From Octopus vulgaris (taxonomy: Eukaryota), in contig OX597821.1 of the NCBI GenBank assembly GCA_951406725.2, positions 2,418,001 to 2,482,000 of the forward strand: a DNA stretch of 64,000 nt, given 5' to 3'. Position 1 is the stretch's first letter. Every line of letters starts with the position of its first letter. A model generated the notes under the pieces. It was not told where the DNA came from. It did not search any database and was given only the letters and a program-made list of their open reading frames with translations. Shown here piece after piece: positions 10,327-23,643 of the stretch. A program made the translations under genes and the position numbers.

Positions 10327-12142
10327 GTTCTGTTTTTGAGATTTTACAAGTATGTATTTTGCTTCTACATCTCTCTAATTCTCTCCCCACGTGACCGGTG
10401 TTCGGCCAAGCCTGACCTTTCCTTCTTGATTCGTCTGCCGTCCGTGCAACATCTATATTCTTCCCTGTGCCTGTGGAATCTTGTATCCCTGCCGTAAGAC
10501 TTTACTTCCACACACGCCAGCTTAATTTAATTCGTAATTCGAAAGACGCCTGTTCTTATGTCCCGTTATTTGTATTCATGTAACATTCACTGTTTTTTCC
10601 CTTCCTTGTTTTCGCTGCTTTCTTGCAATGAATCTAATGCGCTTAGCTTAGGCTTTCCTTGGAGCTGGCCAGATTGGAGTAATCTCGAGTATAACCAACC
10701 AGCTGAAGTTGCAAAGATAATATGGAACTCGACTGAGCAAAGAAAACTCCGAATGACTTATTTTCTTGGTGTCGTCTATCTAGATGTTTTGTTGTCCCTT
10801 TTTCGTATCACCTACCTATCTGGATGTTTTGCGTTCTTGTCCCATTTTGTATTTTTTTATATATAATATATATACATATTCTAAACAAAATTAGAGTATG
10901 TGGCGTTCTAGTAAATGATAAGTTAATAACCACATGGTAAATGCACACAGGAAAGAGACGTAGAAGGTTATCAAATCTTCATTTATCGCTCAGATGGGGA
11001 AACGCAATTTGACGCCCTCAATGGTGGTGCCAGAAGCAAGAGGCAGCTGTGAATTGGCGAGTCAAGGAACAAGGATCAAACATAACAGAAATTGAACAAA
11101 GAAACAAGAAATAACGAAATATTCAATGTAGAAAGTGAACAAACAAACATTGAATAAATGCGATTGAAAACGAAGCCATTAGTGGACGGATGATGAACAA
11201 AGACGAAAACAAACAAGGCGAAATCTGGACATACGAACAGAAATAAATAAACAGAACAGAGCCTTAATTCCAGGCAGAAGATGGAAATATGTTTAACGCC
11301 AGGATGAATATCTCAACAGATTAGGGACAGAAGGAGAACAGAGAGAGACAGCGAAACGTGTTGGAAGTGGCAGACGAGAGAAAATTCGATCTGTTACCTC
11401 GGTCGGCGTGGAAAGGAAAAGAGAATAAAAGTTGACGATGACCACTGCTCACGTGACAGTAGTTGGAGGGAGAAAAGTGGTAAGGGGCAGAGAGAGAAAC
11501 AGAGAGCGGAGATAGAAGAGGAGAGGGAAAGCAAAAGACAGGAACAGATAGCAGCATATAGGAAGTGTAGAGAGGGAAGGGGAGATAAAGAGAAAGAGAG
11601 AGGGGGAGAGAGAGGATGAAAGGGAGAGAAAGTAGCAGAAAGGATAGGAATAGACGTCGTGCGTAAATGCAAAAACACTTAAGGTAAACAAAATGAGAGT
11701 ATGTTAAAAAAAACATGATAAATGCACAAACTATATTTGTAAACAGATGCACAAGGTCACCAATTACTCATCACCTTTCGGTCAGAGAGTCAAACGCAAT
11801 TTCTCCCCTTCAACGATAAAAGTGAACCCACTGGTGACGTCGGCAAAAAGAATTCACCGCTAAATGACGAGTCAACGAGCAAAAGAGCCAAACATGATAG
11901 GAATTGTACAAACGAACAAGAAATAAATAAATTTGCAATACCGAAAGTGAACATGCAATGATGTTGACTGAATTCTATGCTTTCCATGAAATACAGATGT
12001 ACTAATAGACCTGAACCTACTTGCTCACCCTATGTAATTGTATGTGTGTGTGTGTGTGTGTGTATGTATATAATCTTTGTTTTTTATGTTTTATTTATAT
12101 TCTTTATAATATTAATGTACAATATAGAATATAAAATATTAA

Positions 12143-12186
12143 GGGACTAGTATACTTTCTTGCATTATAGCAGTCTTCAAGGTCCC
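12143..12186 (-). ncRNA. Minimal type I hammerhead motif in a ~140-bp island between microsatellites
   Basis: Minus strand reads GGGAC-CTTGAAGA-CTGCTATAATGCAA-GAAA-GTATAC-TA-GTCCC. Stem I is a perfect 5 bp and stem III is the palindrome GTATAC. There is one extra T in the core and one stem II mismatch. Confidence 0.7.
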
Positions 12187-12203
12187 AGGTTGTGACAGGA
12201 GTG

Positions 12204-12266
<63 letters not shown>

Positions 12267-12399
12267 TATATACGTATGCATGCATATGCATATGTATATG
12301 TGTACATTTGCCTGGACCAGCTATACTAGAATAACCTCATAGCTAGGCTAATGAAAGTCAAATAACAATGAAAAATTATCAAAATTGAATGCCATTTTC

Positions 12400-13040
12400 T
12401 TTAGTTATTTTCTATATTTCCCTTCATCCTAATATCGCGGCTTTCGATTAATTAGAAATGTATTGATACAATTATCAATGGAACACTGATCCATGTTTAT
12501 CCAGTCTTTGGTTACAGCTTCATGCAGCTTTGTAATTGATGTCATATTCGCCGTCCTAGCTTGCAACATTCTATGACGATATTCCCCTACGTGTTCTATT
12601 AGATTTAAACCGGGGCATTGAACAACACATGTCAGAGACGCAATACTTTAGTTTTGATCTAATTCTGTGATACTTTGCTTGAATGCCATATTGCTCAATT
12701 TTCTTGAAGCACAGGCCTTCTTAACAATTCCCACATTCCAGTAAATATTTAATCTTTCCAAACATTTGACGAAATTTTGTGCCGTTAAACCATTTACAAG
12801 AGCGTAATTTCTGATCTACCTCTGCGTCAAACTGTTCCCCTTCCAATATATTTAATTCCGATATATTTAAATGTTCCTTGCAAACAATCTAACTCTCAGG
12901 CTCCAGATTTGCACCGCAAATGTATTTACGTGGATTCTATGGATTGTAGAATCTACCGTTGCCACATTCTATTATTCATGACCAAACCTTGTTCAACTTG
13001 TTACAGAATTATGCAACATAATTATACATGTTACTCATGA
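12400..13040 (-). pseudogene. Highly decayed Tc1-like transposase remnant
   Basis: Minus-strand fragment CPGLNLIEHVGEYRHRMLQAR...KLHEAVTKDWINMDQCSIDNCI resembles the Tc1 SPDLNPIEHVW region. Boundaries are approximate. Confidence 0.5.
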
Positions 13041-13109
13041 CAGCATTTAAAATGGTTGGTTTCCTTCTTGCGGAGTTTACGCAAGGTGTGGATATTCCTA
13101 TACTATCTT

Positions 13110-13336
13110 GTTACACTTTAACTTGTTTCAGTCATTGGCCATGCTGGAGCAGCGCCTTTAGTCGAGTAAATCGACCCCAGGATTTATTCATTGTAAGCCT
13201 AGTACTTATTCTATCGGGGTTTTTTTTTGCCAAACCGCTAACTTACAGGGACATAATCACACCAGCATCGGTTGTCAAGCGATGTCAGCGGGGACAAACA
13301 CAGCCACACAAACATATACACACACATACATACTTA

Positions 13337-13390
<54 letters not shown>

Positions 13391-14117
13391 TAATCTTTCA
13401 TTTTCCGTCTACCAAATCCACTCACAATTCTTTGGTCGACGCGAGTCTATACTAGAACACACTTGCCCAAGGTGCCGGAACCATATGGTTGCTAAGCAAG
13501 CTACATACCACACAGCCATATATGTAAATACATATATGTCTTTATACTTATATACTTTAAATTTTGCCCCTATACATATGTACGTTAAAGTTTTAAATGT
13601 CAACTTTGTTCTCTCAGAAACCGTCGACATCTTTTCTTCATATTGCGGTGTTGAATAATTGGGCGGCTTCTCAATTAGTTTCTTCCACTGCTACTAACTG
13701 TTGACTTGCCTGCAAGTAAATCACTCTTTACTCTTTTACTCTTTTACTTTGTTTCAGTCATTTCACTGCTGCCATGCTGGAGCAGCGTCTTTAGTCGGGC
13801 AAATCGACACCAGGACTTATTCTTTGGAAGCCTAGTACTTATTCTATCGGTCTCTTGTGCCTAACCGCTAAGTTACGGGGACGTAAACACACCAGCATCG
13901 GTTGTCAAGTTATGCTGGGGGGACAAACGCAAACATACAAATATATATATACACACACATACACATACGTATATATAAGACGAGCTTCTTTCAGTTTCCG
14001 TCTACCAAATCGACTCACAAGGATTTGGTTCGCCCGAGGTATTAGTAGAAGACACTTGCCCAAGGTGATACGAAGTGGGAATGACCCCGGAGCCATGTGG
14101 TTGGTAAGCAAGCTACT
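13110..14117 (-). mobile_element. Two SINE family A copies (~13110-13520 and ~13725-14117)
   Basis: Same head, core and tail motifs as 1950-2357. Confidence 0.8.
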
Positions 14118-14711
14118 TTGATGTTTATTATCAAGTTATTGTTTTCTTGTAACCAAAATATTTTAAACTACATAAAAACCTGCAGAAAAGAGAAACCAGC
14201 TCCAATTAGAAAAAAAGATGAAAAGAAACAAAAAGATGGCCACTACACACACACGTACAGATAGAATGATATGCGCACACAGACGCAGATGCGTATATGC
14301 ATCCGGCTCATGTTTCTCTCATATAAAATATAACAGTTAAATATTCTCTTACGTCAGTGTCAGTAGTTGTGTGATATCTAAATATCAACGCGTGTGTCTG
14401 TCACCGAGTGTTTTTACATGAACATACACGAATGCGTGCAATAACACTTATATATGCATATTTGAATACATAAACAGGTAATCATACGTAGTGACAAGTA
14501 TACAGACATATACATCAATGTGAATCTGTTCGCTTACGTATTAAGACGAATGTCTGCTTGTTCGTACATCTATATTCATATGTTAGTGTATGTTTGGATA
14601 TAGGCATGCATACATGTATATGCACATACACATATACATATATAAACACACACACAAATATGTATTATGTGCTATATACTATTTGTAAAGATGTCAACTC
14701 ACACGATTACA

Positions 14712-14756
<45 letters not shown>

Positions 14757-14812
14757 GTATAGATCTCTTCCTAGATTTATTCCTATTTATGTGCATGTAT
14801 AAGTATATATAC

Positions 14813-14880
<68 letters not shown>

Positions 14881-15293
14881 GCAATATAATTTCCTCTACC
14901 TCTGTTGTCATTTTAATAGGCAACCCGATCAAGAGACCAATTACTTTGTGCGCTTCATTTCGAGTAATTACGGGCAAAGTTGTCATGGAAACGTGCGTCA
15001 AAGTCACTTGCAAACGCTACTGAAAAATCAACACAATTGTTAAGGTAGATGATATAAGGGATAAATGATGGAGAGTCAGCAGTTAGGAAGTGGTGAATAA
15101 CTGTAGGATGGAGATAATAGGAGACGGTGAAAGTGAGATATGGAGTGAGAGAGGGAGAGATAAAGAGAGTGAGTGAGGGAGAAAGAGAGGTGAGATAGAG
15201 AAATAATGAGATACACATATGCAGAGACACACAAGTAAGCACGAGAAAAAAAGTATTTATCACAAGTATATGTACATACACACGCATATGTTA

Positions 15294-15352
<59 letters not shown>

Positions 15353-15557
15353 CACTTTGTTAGCTAGCTAGATAGATACAGAGATAAATCCGGGATCTGG
15401 AATTATCCAGTGATTTTTTGCTAGTTTATCTTGTCGTTTTGTTTTCTCTCCTGGTGCTGTATAATGTGGTTTTAGAGTCATGTTTTGGCTGCTATTTCCA
15501 GCGTGGAGGTATCTCTTAGATACCATGAATTATAATTTTAGATAGATAGATAGATGT

Positions 15558-15615
<58 letters not shown>

Positions 15616-15618
<3 letters not shown>

Positions 15619-15830
15619 ATCCAAACATGAAAACACAAAGAGAAAACACAATAATGCGAAGAGGCGGAACAAGTATAGTGTTATTGGGCGCTCAGGAAAG
15701 GAAAGAAAGAAAGAGGATTCAACGATTCGAGCGGAGCTCTTCGTAAGAAGCATAGAAACAGGAAAGGTCCATGTAAGGGGAGACGGAGAAAGAAAATCGC
15801 TAACGATGCACACGCTGTCGCATATTGAAT
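15616..15830 (-). mobile_element. Related short element with degenerate HHR motif
   Basis: Minus strand reads CTTCTTACGAAGAGCTCCGCTCGAATCGTTG...TTCCTGAGCGCCCAATAAC, between (TA)n tracts. Confidence 0.55.
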
Positions 15831-15989
15831 ATATATATATGTGTGTGTGTATGTACAAAGTTATGTACTGTTACATACACCTATATTTCCATAGCATGCA
15901 CAGTCAGACCTCACAGTGTCCTTCATGAGGCAGTGTTTACTTCGCAAATTGTGAAATTTGTGTTTTTGTGATCAAACATATGTTGTAGT

Positions 15990-16630
15990 CTGCAATTTTT
16001 TGAAGAACAGGAGCGTATAATGAAAATGATCTTTTTGCGTCAATCGTGGAAATCTGCTACAGAGACATTGAGCATAGCTCAGCAAGACTTATACTAACGA
16101 GGCAATGGGTCTTACGCAATTTTTCTAGAGGTACATATATGTGCTTCAAATGCGGTAGAACATTGCTGGAAGGCGATGAGCAATTTTGCAGACCTGCTGT
16201 GAGCTTTACCCCAGGAAATGTGGTATTGCGCATGGAGAATTCGTCTTGCAGGACCAGACCGTCAATCTAGAGTTTTACTGCAATGTTTTGAAGCGTTTTA
16301 GGGAGGGTATTTGGCGAAAGCCACAGTATCTTTGAAACGTAGAGAACTGGATTCTTCCTCGAGCTCTCCTCACTCGTTCGTTCTGGCCGAAAACATCATA
16401 GTATCGCTTCCGCACTTGCTTCCCTAACCCTAACACCACTTCCGAACTTCCATCTGGTTCCTAAGATGAAAATGCAGCTCAAAGGTTGCTGCTTTAACAC
16501 CGTATCAAGAGCGAATCGAAGAAGGTCCTCGATTCGATTACAGAAAACAATTTCTAGGCCGGGTTGTAAAAGTGGCAGGGTCGCTGGGACAGGTGTATTG
16601 CTATTCACGGTGTTATTTCGAAGAAATTAG
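15990..16630 (+). pseudogene. Degenerate, internally deleted mariner transposase
   Basis: N-terminal-like pieces (KSATETLS; CFKCGRTLLEGDEQFCRPAVS) and C-terminal pieces (FHLVPKMKMQLKGCCFNT; KWQGRWDRCIA...YFE), with stops and frameshifts. Confidence 0.75.
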
Positions 16631-16859
16631 TTAAATCTTAGGCATTATAAGTAGTCCGTGTATCCTTTGATACTTCCTCTTGTGTATTTGGTTTCGAAAC
16701 CAAGTCAAATGAGGAGTTGGTGTTCACTGATTTTTACTGGTTATGCGTTGCAAGGCTGAATAGTATAGGGGTTTTAGAGTCTTCGATGGAGTGAGAAATG
16801 ATTACGGAGGGTATTCTTCACAAATGATGCAGGACTTGCTTCAGTGTTCAAATGGTCAA

Positions 16860-17295
<436 letters not shown>

Positions 17296-17834
17296 AGAGA
17301 TGATACGGAGAGGAAGGAGGACATTCAACTTTCAAGCGTATATTGCTGAATTGCTAAGCTACGAGGAAGTAAACAAACTGACACCGGTTATCGAGAGTAG
17401 GATGAGACTAACACGGAGGCAAACATAGCCACACAAACATACAAACACACACACGCACACTCGCATAAACACACACATACACACACGCGCGCGCACTCTC
17501 CCCCATACACATACACACACACACACACACATGGACATTTACGTAATTCGAGTCTAGAATATACACATGGTTGCAAGATGAGAGTTTTATTGACACATAT
17601 AGGCCATCACTTACATATATACATACAATGTGAAATAGAAAGAAAAAAAAACTTTATACGATTTAAAAGGACCTATTGCCTTAGAAAAAGACAAGGAGAG
17701 TACCAGTCATATTGAAAATAATGAGAAAGAGCTAAAGAAAACCTTTGAAGAATGGGATTAATACATGCGTACATCTTACAGACACAGACACACACATACA
17801 CACACGCCCGATTTTGATATGTAATACAGATACA

Positions 17835-17869
<35 letters not shown>

Positions 17870-18633
17870 ATACATATATACATATCATGCTGAGTAAGTT
17901 GCAAGCAACGTTTTGAAAGTTGAAATTCATCACTATATTTCAACGATGCGAAAATTTTATTCATCCAAATACCATTACAATCAACACATTTTGGGTCAAG
18001 GCCAGAAAATTTGGGGGAGTAGGGAAATTGATTACAGCGACCCCAGCTTAACTGTACTTATTTTCTTGACCCAGAAAGAATGGAAGCAAACTTTTGATTT
18101 CGGCTGAATTTGAACTCAGATCAAAAAGAGAGCGAAATGTCTTCAAGCATTTTGCCCTGCCTACTCACGATTCTGGCTTCTCGCTGCATATATGAACACA
18201 CAAATCTGCCAACATATTGTCTGTATACTATATGTTTGTACGAATATATAGCTATCTGTCTACATAAGGATCACATGCATACATGTGGACACACATACAC
18301 TCCGGAATATAAAACCTGCTTGCAATCGATATGCGTTTGATACTCTTGTCAAAAATGCGTCATAATAACAATGAATGATCATATTAATTGTGTGGATTAA
18401 ATAATCTTCTTAACTATTATTCATTTCTTGGAATGGCATTCATGGTTATACAATTGCAGTGGAAGAATAATTATTGGGTTTCACCTCAAGACAATATATT
18501 ACTGGTATTGATTTTATCGAAAACCGAAGGGGTTGAATAAAGAATAAAGATTCTCAGATAGGAAGTAAATAAAATTTTAGCATTTTTTCAGTTGACGTAA
18601 CAATCCAGTGATGCTACTCGTGATAAAAATGTA

Positions 18634-18651
18634 TTAATGATAATAATAATG

Positions 18652-18718
<67 letters not shown>

Positions 18719-18932
18719 TGATGAATAATAATAATAATAATGATAATAATAATAATAATCATAATAATAATAATAATAATAATAATGATGATGATAATAA
18801 TAATAATTATAATAATGATGATGATGATGATGATGATGATGATAATAATAATAATAATAATAATTATAATAATAACGATGATGATAATAATAATAACAAC
18901 AACAACAATAATAATAATATTAATAATAATCA

Positions 18933-18960
<28 letters not shown>
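18634..18960. repeat. (AAT)n/(GAT)n microsatellite
   Basis: Directly visible. Confidence 0.95.
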
Positions 18961-18964
<4 letters not shown>

Positions 18965-19490
18965 GCAACATGTATGGACACGACAGAGCAAAAAGTGGTA
19001 CGAACATAAACCCAAAGGCATCATTGAAAAGGATAATGCAAAGATCCTATTGGATTTTATGATTCAGTGGGACCATGCGATACAGAAAAGGAAACCAGAT
19101 ATAGTGCTAATTGAGAAAGAAAGCAAACGATGGTGGATCATAGATATAGCATGCCCAGCTGACAAGTTATGCGATGAGGAAGAAATAAAAGTCGATAGAT
19201 ATAACAGGTTAGCGAGGGAGATTAAGCAGCTCTGGTCGCTGAAAAAGGTGGTAATAGTACCAATAATTGTCGGAGCCCTGGAAAAACAGTGAATAAAAGT
19301 CTTGAGAAGTACATGGAACAAATAGGGGCTGCAATAAGTATGGAGCACTTGCAGAAGACAGCACTGCTTGGAATTGCTCGAATGGTCCGGATGGTACTCA
19401 AAAAATAAGTGGGGTTTCTTTAGTTCACTGGTAGTGGACATCTGGCACCGTCGTACACCTCCAGAGTTAGATGCTGTGCAAAGACAGTAA
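18961..19490 (+). mobile_element. 5'-truncated R4/Dong-clade non-LTR retrotransposon (restriction-like endonuclease domain, frameshifted)
   Basis: KWYEHKPKGIIEKDNAKILLDFMIQWDHAIQKRKPDIVLIEKESKRWWIIDIACP...KVDRY...VIVPIIVGAL, then after a frameshift LQKTALLGIARMVRMVL* (stop 19406-19408). A short 3' UTR follows, with (AAT)n on both sides. Confidence 0.88.
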
Positions 19491-20510
19491 ATAATAATAA
19501 TAATCCTTTCTTCTTGAGGCACAGAGCCCCAAATTTATGGGGAAGAAGACTATTCGATTACAGCGATCCCAGTGTTTCACTGATATTTAGTTTATCGACC
19601 CAGAAATGATGAAAGGCAAAGTCGTCTTCGACTGAGGGATAACAGTTCTTCTTAGTATATAACAAAATCCTTTATAGGTTATTTTCATTTTTCACGAAGG
19701 TCATTTTTTTCTTCTCAAATAAACAGACTCACTCCATATTTGTTCTTCACTTCTTTATTTATATATCCATTGTCGACAAGTGGGATGCAGAGTCGCTGAA
19801 GGGGTCACATATGTGTGATGAAAGATTTCAGACAATGGAGATGATAAAATAAGAACAATAATAGAAAGTGAAGATTGAGTATATAGTGTGTGTGTTTTTT
19901 AGTCAAGAAAATAGTAACCATTCCGAAATATAACACTATTTGTTTCATCACACGATTCCACATCAGGAATCATGCAGAACAAATAAACTTTTGTAGGTTT
20001 CTGAACGTTCTTGAAGTTCTCATTATTTGGTGGGAGACATCGAAATCACCTACAATCCGAGGATATCACTGCTGCTTAAGTGAAGAACATACGCGCTACT
20101 TTTATTGTGTTCTACTCACTTTTCTAACTGTAATTTGCGAATTCTAATCATACTCTAGATACTATCCCAGTCCAGTGCGTACTCATGTTTAGAGGATATC
20201 AGCTGTTGCTTCGAGACTGGTCTTTTGTATATAAGATGTAACCCTTCAATTTTCCTGATGTCACATCCATCGGTTTCTGATGACGAGACAATTTCGTCTC
20301 TCCGGGCTTCTATACTGATAAACTACAGGAAATACAATCACCGTATCTGTACAACGGCAACACCGGTAGCAAAAGGTTTGGTCTTAATCTCGTGTGCCAA
20401 ACGGCCATCGCTGTCAGCTTTGATCTCTTCTCTTTTTAACTGATGGGTAGGTGTATAACAGTTCTTATTTAATAGCACATAAAGACATACACGTATGCTT
20501 ACATACATAA

Positions 20511-20551
<41 letters not shown>

Positions 20552-20701
20552 GATATATATATGTATATATATGTATATATATATATATAAATCATATATA
20601 CATATATACATATATATATGTATATTTATATATATATAAATAATATATATTATATATTATATATATATAATAATATTATGTATGTATGTATGTATATATA
20701 A

Positions 20702-20733
<32 letters not shown>

Positions 20734-21120
20734 GTATGTATGTATGTATATATGCAAATATTCTATAATTATACGCATAATTAGAATCAGGGAACAGCTA
20801 ATTGCTTCGCCACGCACAGAATTTAGAAATAGGAGTTAAAATAGCTTTCCTGCTACCATACAGATCTCCCAGGCAGTAACATATTTTTATACGTAGGCCA
20901 AAAGAAAAATAATGAATCCACACGGCTCAGCTTAGCTACATATGCGTTTTGAGGTAAATTAAAGCTACATTTACTTATATATTTTCCATCTTCGATGCAG
21001 CATTTGGAGATATAAATTGGAGAGTGTTGAGATTAAACATGTAAGCGATCAAGCGTCTTCGCTACCCTTTTATTATTATTGATATGTGTATATATATTTA
21101 TATATATATGTATACATATA

Positions 21121-21310
21121 TTAATGCACTGAGAAATAAAGGGTGCATTTTGTGCACTAATTACGAATTCATGTGATATGCAGCTGAGTCTGCAGTTTCA
21201 TTCGACAGTTCCATTCCCTCGAGTTCGGTACAATGTGGTTATTATGGTAGTTTTTACTTTAAGTGTCCCTCCTAGCGTAAGGCATTTATGAATAGTAATG
21301 CCCTTAATAT
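21121..21310 (+). mobile_element. Diverged relative of the 36775 HHR element
   Basis: TGCA-CTGAGAA...GTGCATTTTGTGCAC...GAAT-TCATGTGA-TA-TGCA. Its 3' part GTCCCTCCTAGCGTAAGGCATTTATGAATAGTAATGCCCTTAATATA aligns with 36981-37028. Confidence 0.55.
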
Positions 21311-21385
21311 ATATACATATATACATAGATATATATCGTATGCATATATATATATATATATATATATATCGTATGCATCGTATGC

Positions 21386-21417
<32 letters not shown>

Positions 21418-21861
21418 ATGCATTCATACAACTTAACAACATTACATGCATACATACACACGTATCCCACATGCACAAACCTCATGAGAATTTTATATCA
21501 ATCATTTGGGAATGACGAAAAAAATATCTGCTAGATGAGAGAATTAATCTGCTCTATACCCAGGATGACAAAACCTCATGGAGATACCTTACCATCAACA
21601 TCATCGAAAGACTAAAGCAAATAAGAAAAAACAAACTGAATAAAATGGCTTCTGTATCGTGTGTATCTATGATCAGCTTTATATCAAATATTTGCTCTAT
21701 ATTTCGTTTTATAATTTTTCTTTAGTTTCTTTTTAGCACCGAATCTAAAGTCATGATAAGGCACTGCTATGTAAGCATACTGTAACCAGCAGGAAATATA
21801 ATATTCAACCCGTTTACAAAAGAAAATATATCCTTAATAATATCCCCATAAGAACAACAAC

Positions 21862-21940
<79 letters not shown>

Positions 21941-22669
21941 TGGAGAAGAAGAAGAAGAAGAAGAAGAAGAAGAAGAAGAAGAAGGGTTTCAAATGTGGGA
22001 AAAAGGATAGCAGTCTTAGGTTGAGGGGTTATTCGATTGTATCAACCTCACTGTTAAACTGGCTCTTATTTTAGGGAACGCGAGGGATGAAAGGCGAAGA
22101 TGATCGTGGTGGAATTCGAACGCAGAACGTAAAAACGTACGAAATGCCCGTAAGCTTTTGCCGTGCCTGCAAACGATTCTGCCAGCTTGAATAGTAATAT
22201 TAATAATAATATTAATAATAATAACAACAACAACAGGAATAATAATACAAAAAAACAAGCTTTAAATGTCACAATTAAACATCTTAACAAATCCATATTT
22301 TTTAATGTTAACATAGAACGAAATCAAACAATGCTGTAATCGAAGGAGTAACTTCACACTGTGTTATGAAGGAGTTCGCTATTCGACCCCTGGAGTCATA
22401 CGTAAGAACTACTTAGCGAAAAAGATCATTAATAATCTAAGTGCCTTTGTCATGGGTTTAGTCTAGCTTTCGGGACAGGATACAAACCAAAGAAAATTCT
22501 ACTCCAAATTCGGAACCTTTCCGAAACGGCCATCTGTAAATTTTTCAAACTTAATTCAGCATATGTGTGCATCTGTGAAATATCGTATTTATGAATGTAT
22601 ATATATATATGTATACATATGTGTGTGTGTGTATTCATACATATATATGTGCGAGTATGTGTGTATGTT

Positions 22670-22717
<48 letters not shown>

Positions 22718-23228
22718 TGTATGTATGTATGTATGTATGTATGTATGTATGTATGTATGTATGTATGTATAATGTTCTAAGACTTCGAGGAATATTTTAA
22801 AAGCAAAAACTTCCACAAAAGTACATAAATCTATAGAATGATACTTTCTGTTTCAAATTTCGCAATTTCATAATTATACGAAATTTACTTATTTATTTTC
22901 ATTTTTTCCTATCTTTTCTTTTTGTGTTTCGATTATTAGAGATTCTGAAAATGTTTCTGTTAGAATTTACAGATAAAAATGATTCACGATTCTGCATAAT
23001 ATTGCTTTTGTATTCTCAAGGAGTCTCTGAAGAAGGATTATGGAAATTTCCATATGAAAAATGCATCTTGAAGCTATCATTGAATTTAGTTATAATAAAT
23101 ACTGAATAGTAAAGATATTACCTTATATTGTATGTATGATATCGCCGATGCCTTACATCTATCATTGCACACATATTCATCAATACATAAATTTATATAT
23201 ATACGTAAAGACATATATTTATATATAG

Positions 23229-23268
<40 letters not shown>

Positions 23269-23444
23269 GAATGCATACAGACAAATGTACATTCGAGCAT
23301 ACGTACATATATAATGATTTCACTGTTCAATTAGAAAAAATTAAAAATCTATTGGATATTTAAAGGAGATATATTCGAGTGACACCTGAGAAATAATTTC
23401 AAGTGTATCCTGAAAGTAGACAATATAATAAGAACTTGTTTTAT

Positions 23445-23462
23445 CACTATTATTATTATCAA

Positions 23463-23519
<57 letters not shown>

Positions 23520-23546
23520 CATTATTATTATCATTATTATTATCAA

Positions 23547-23633
<87 letters not shown>

Positions 23634-23643
23634 TATTATTATT
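23445..23643. repeat. (ATT)n microsatellite
   Basis: Directly visible. Confidence 0.95.

Noticed and set aside
20200-20375. Weak foldback around CTGATGACGAGAC...GTCTC
   Set aside because: No GAAA after stem II on the plus strand, a non-canonical core on the minus strand, and arms too diverged.
20930-21002. Minus-strand TCGAAGA...AAAA-CGCATATG-TA-GC resembling a dead HHR
   Set aside because: Two core mismatches. The same applies to weak candidates near 5804-5839, 7850-7889, 23822 and 52900.
23027-23070. CTGAAGA followed by the palindrome TATGGAAATTTCCATA and GAAA
   Set aside because: It may be a decayed HHR, but spacing and stem I do not fit well enough to call.
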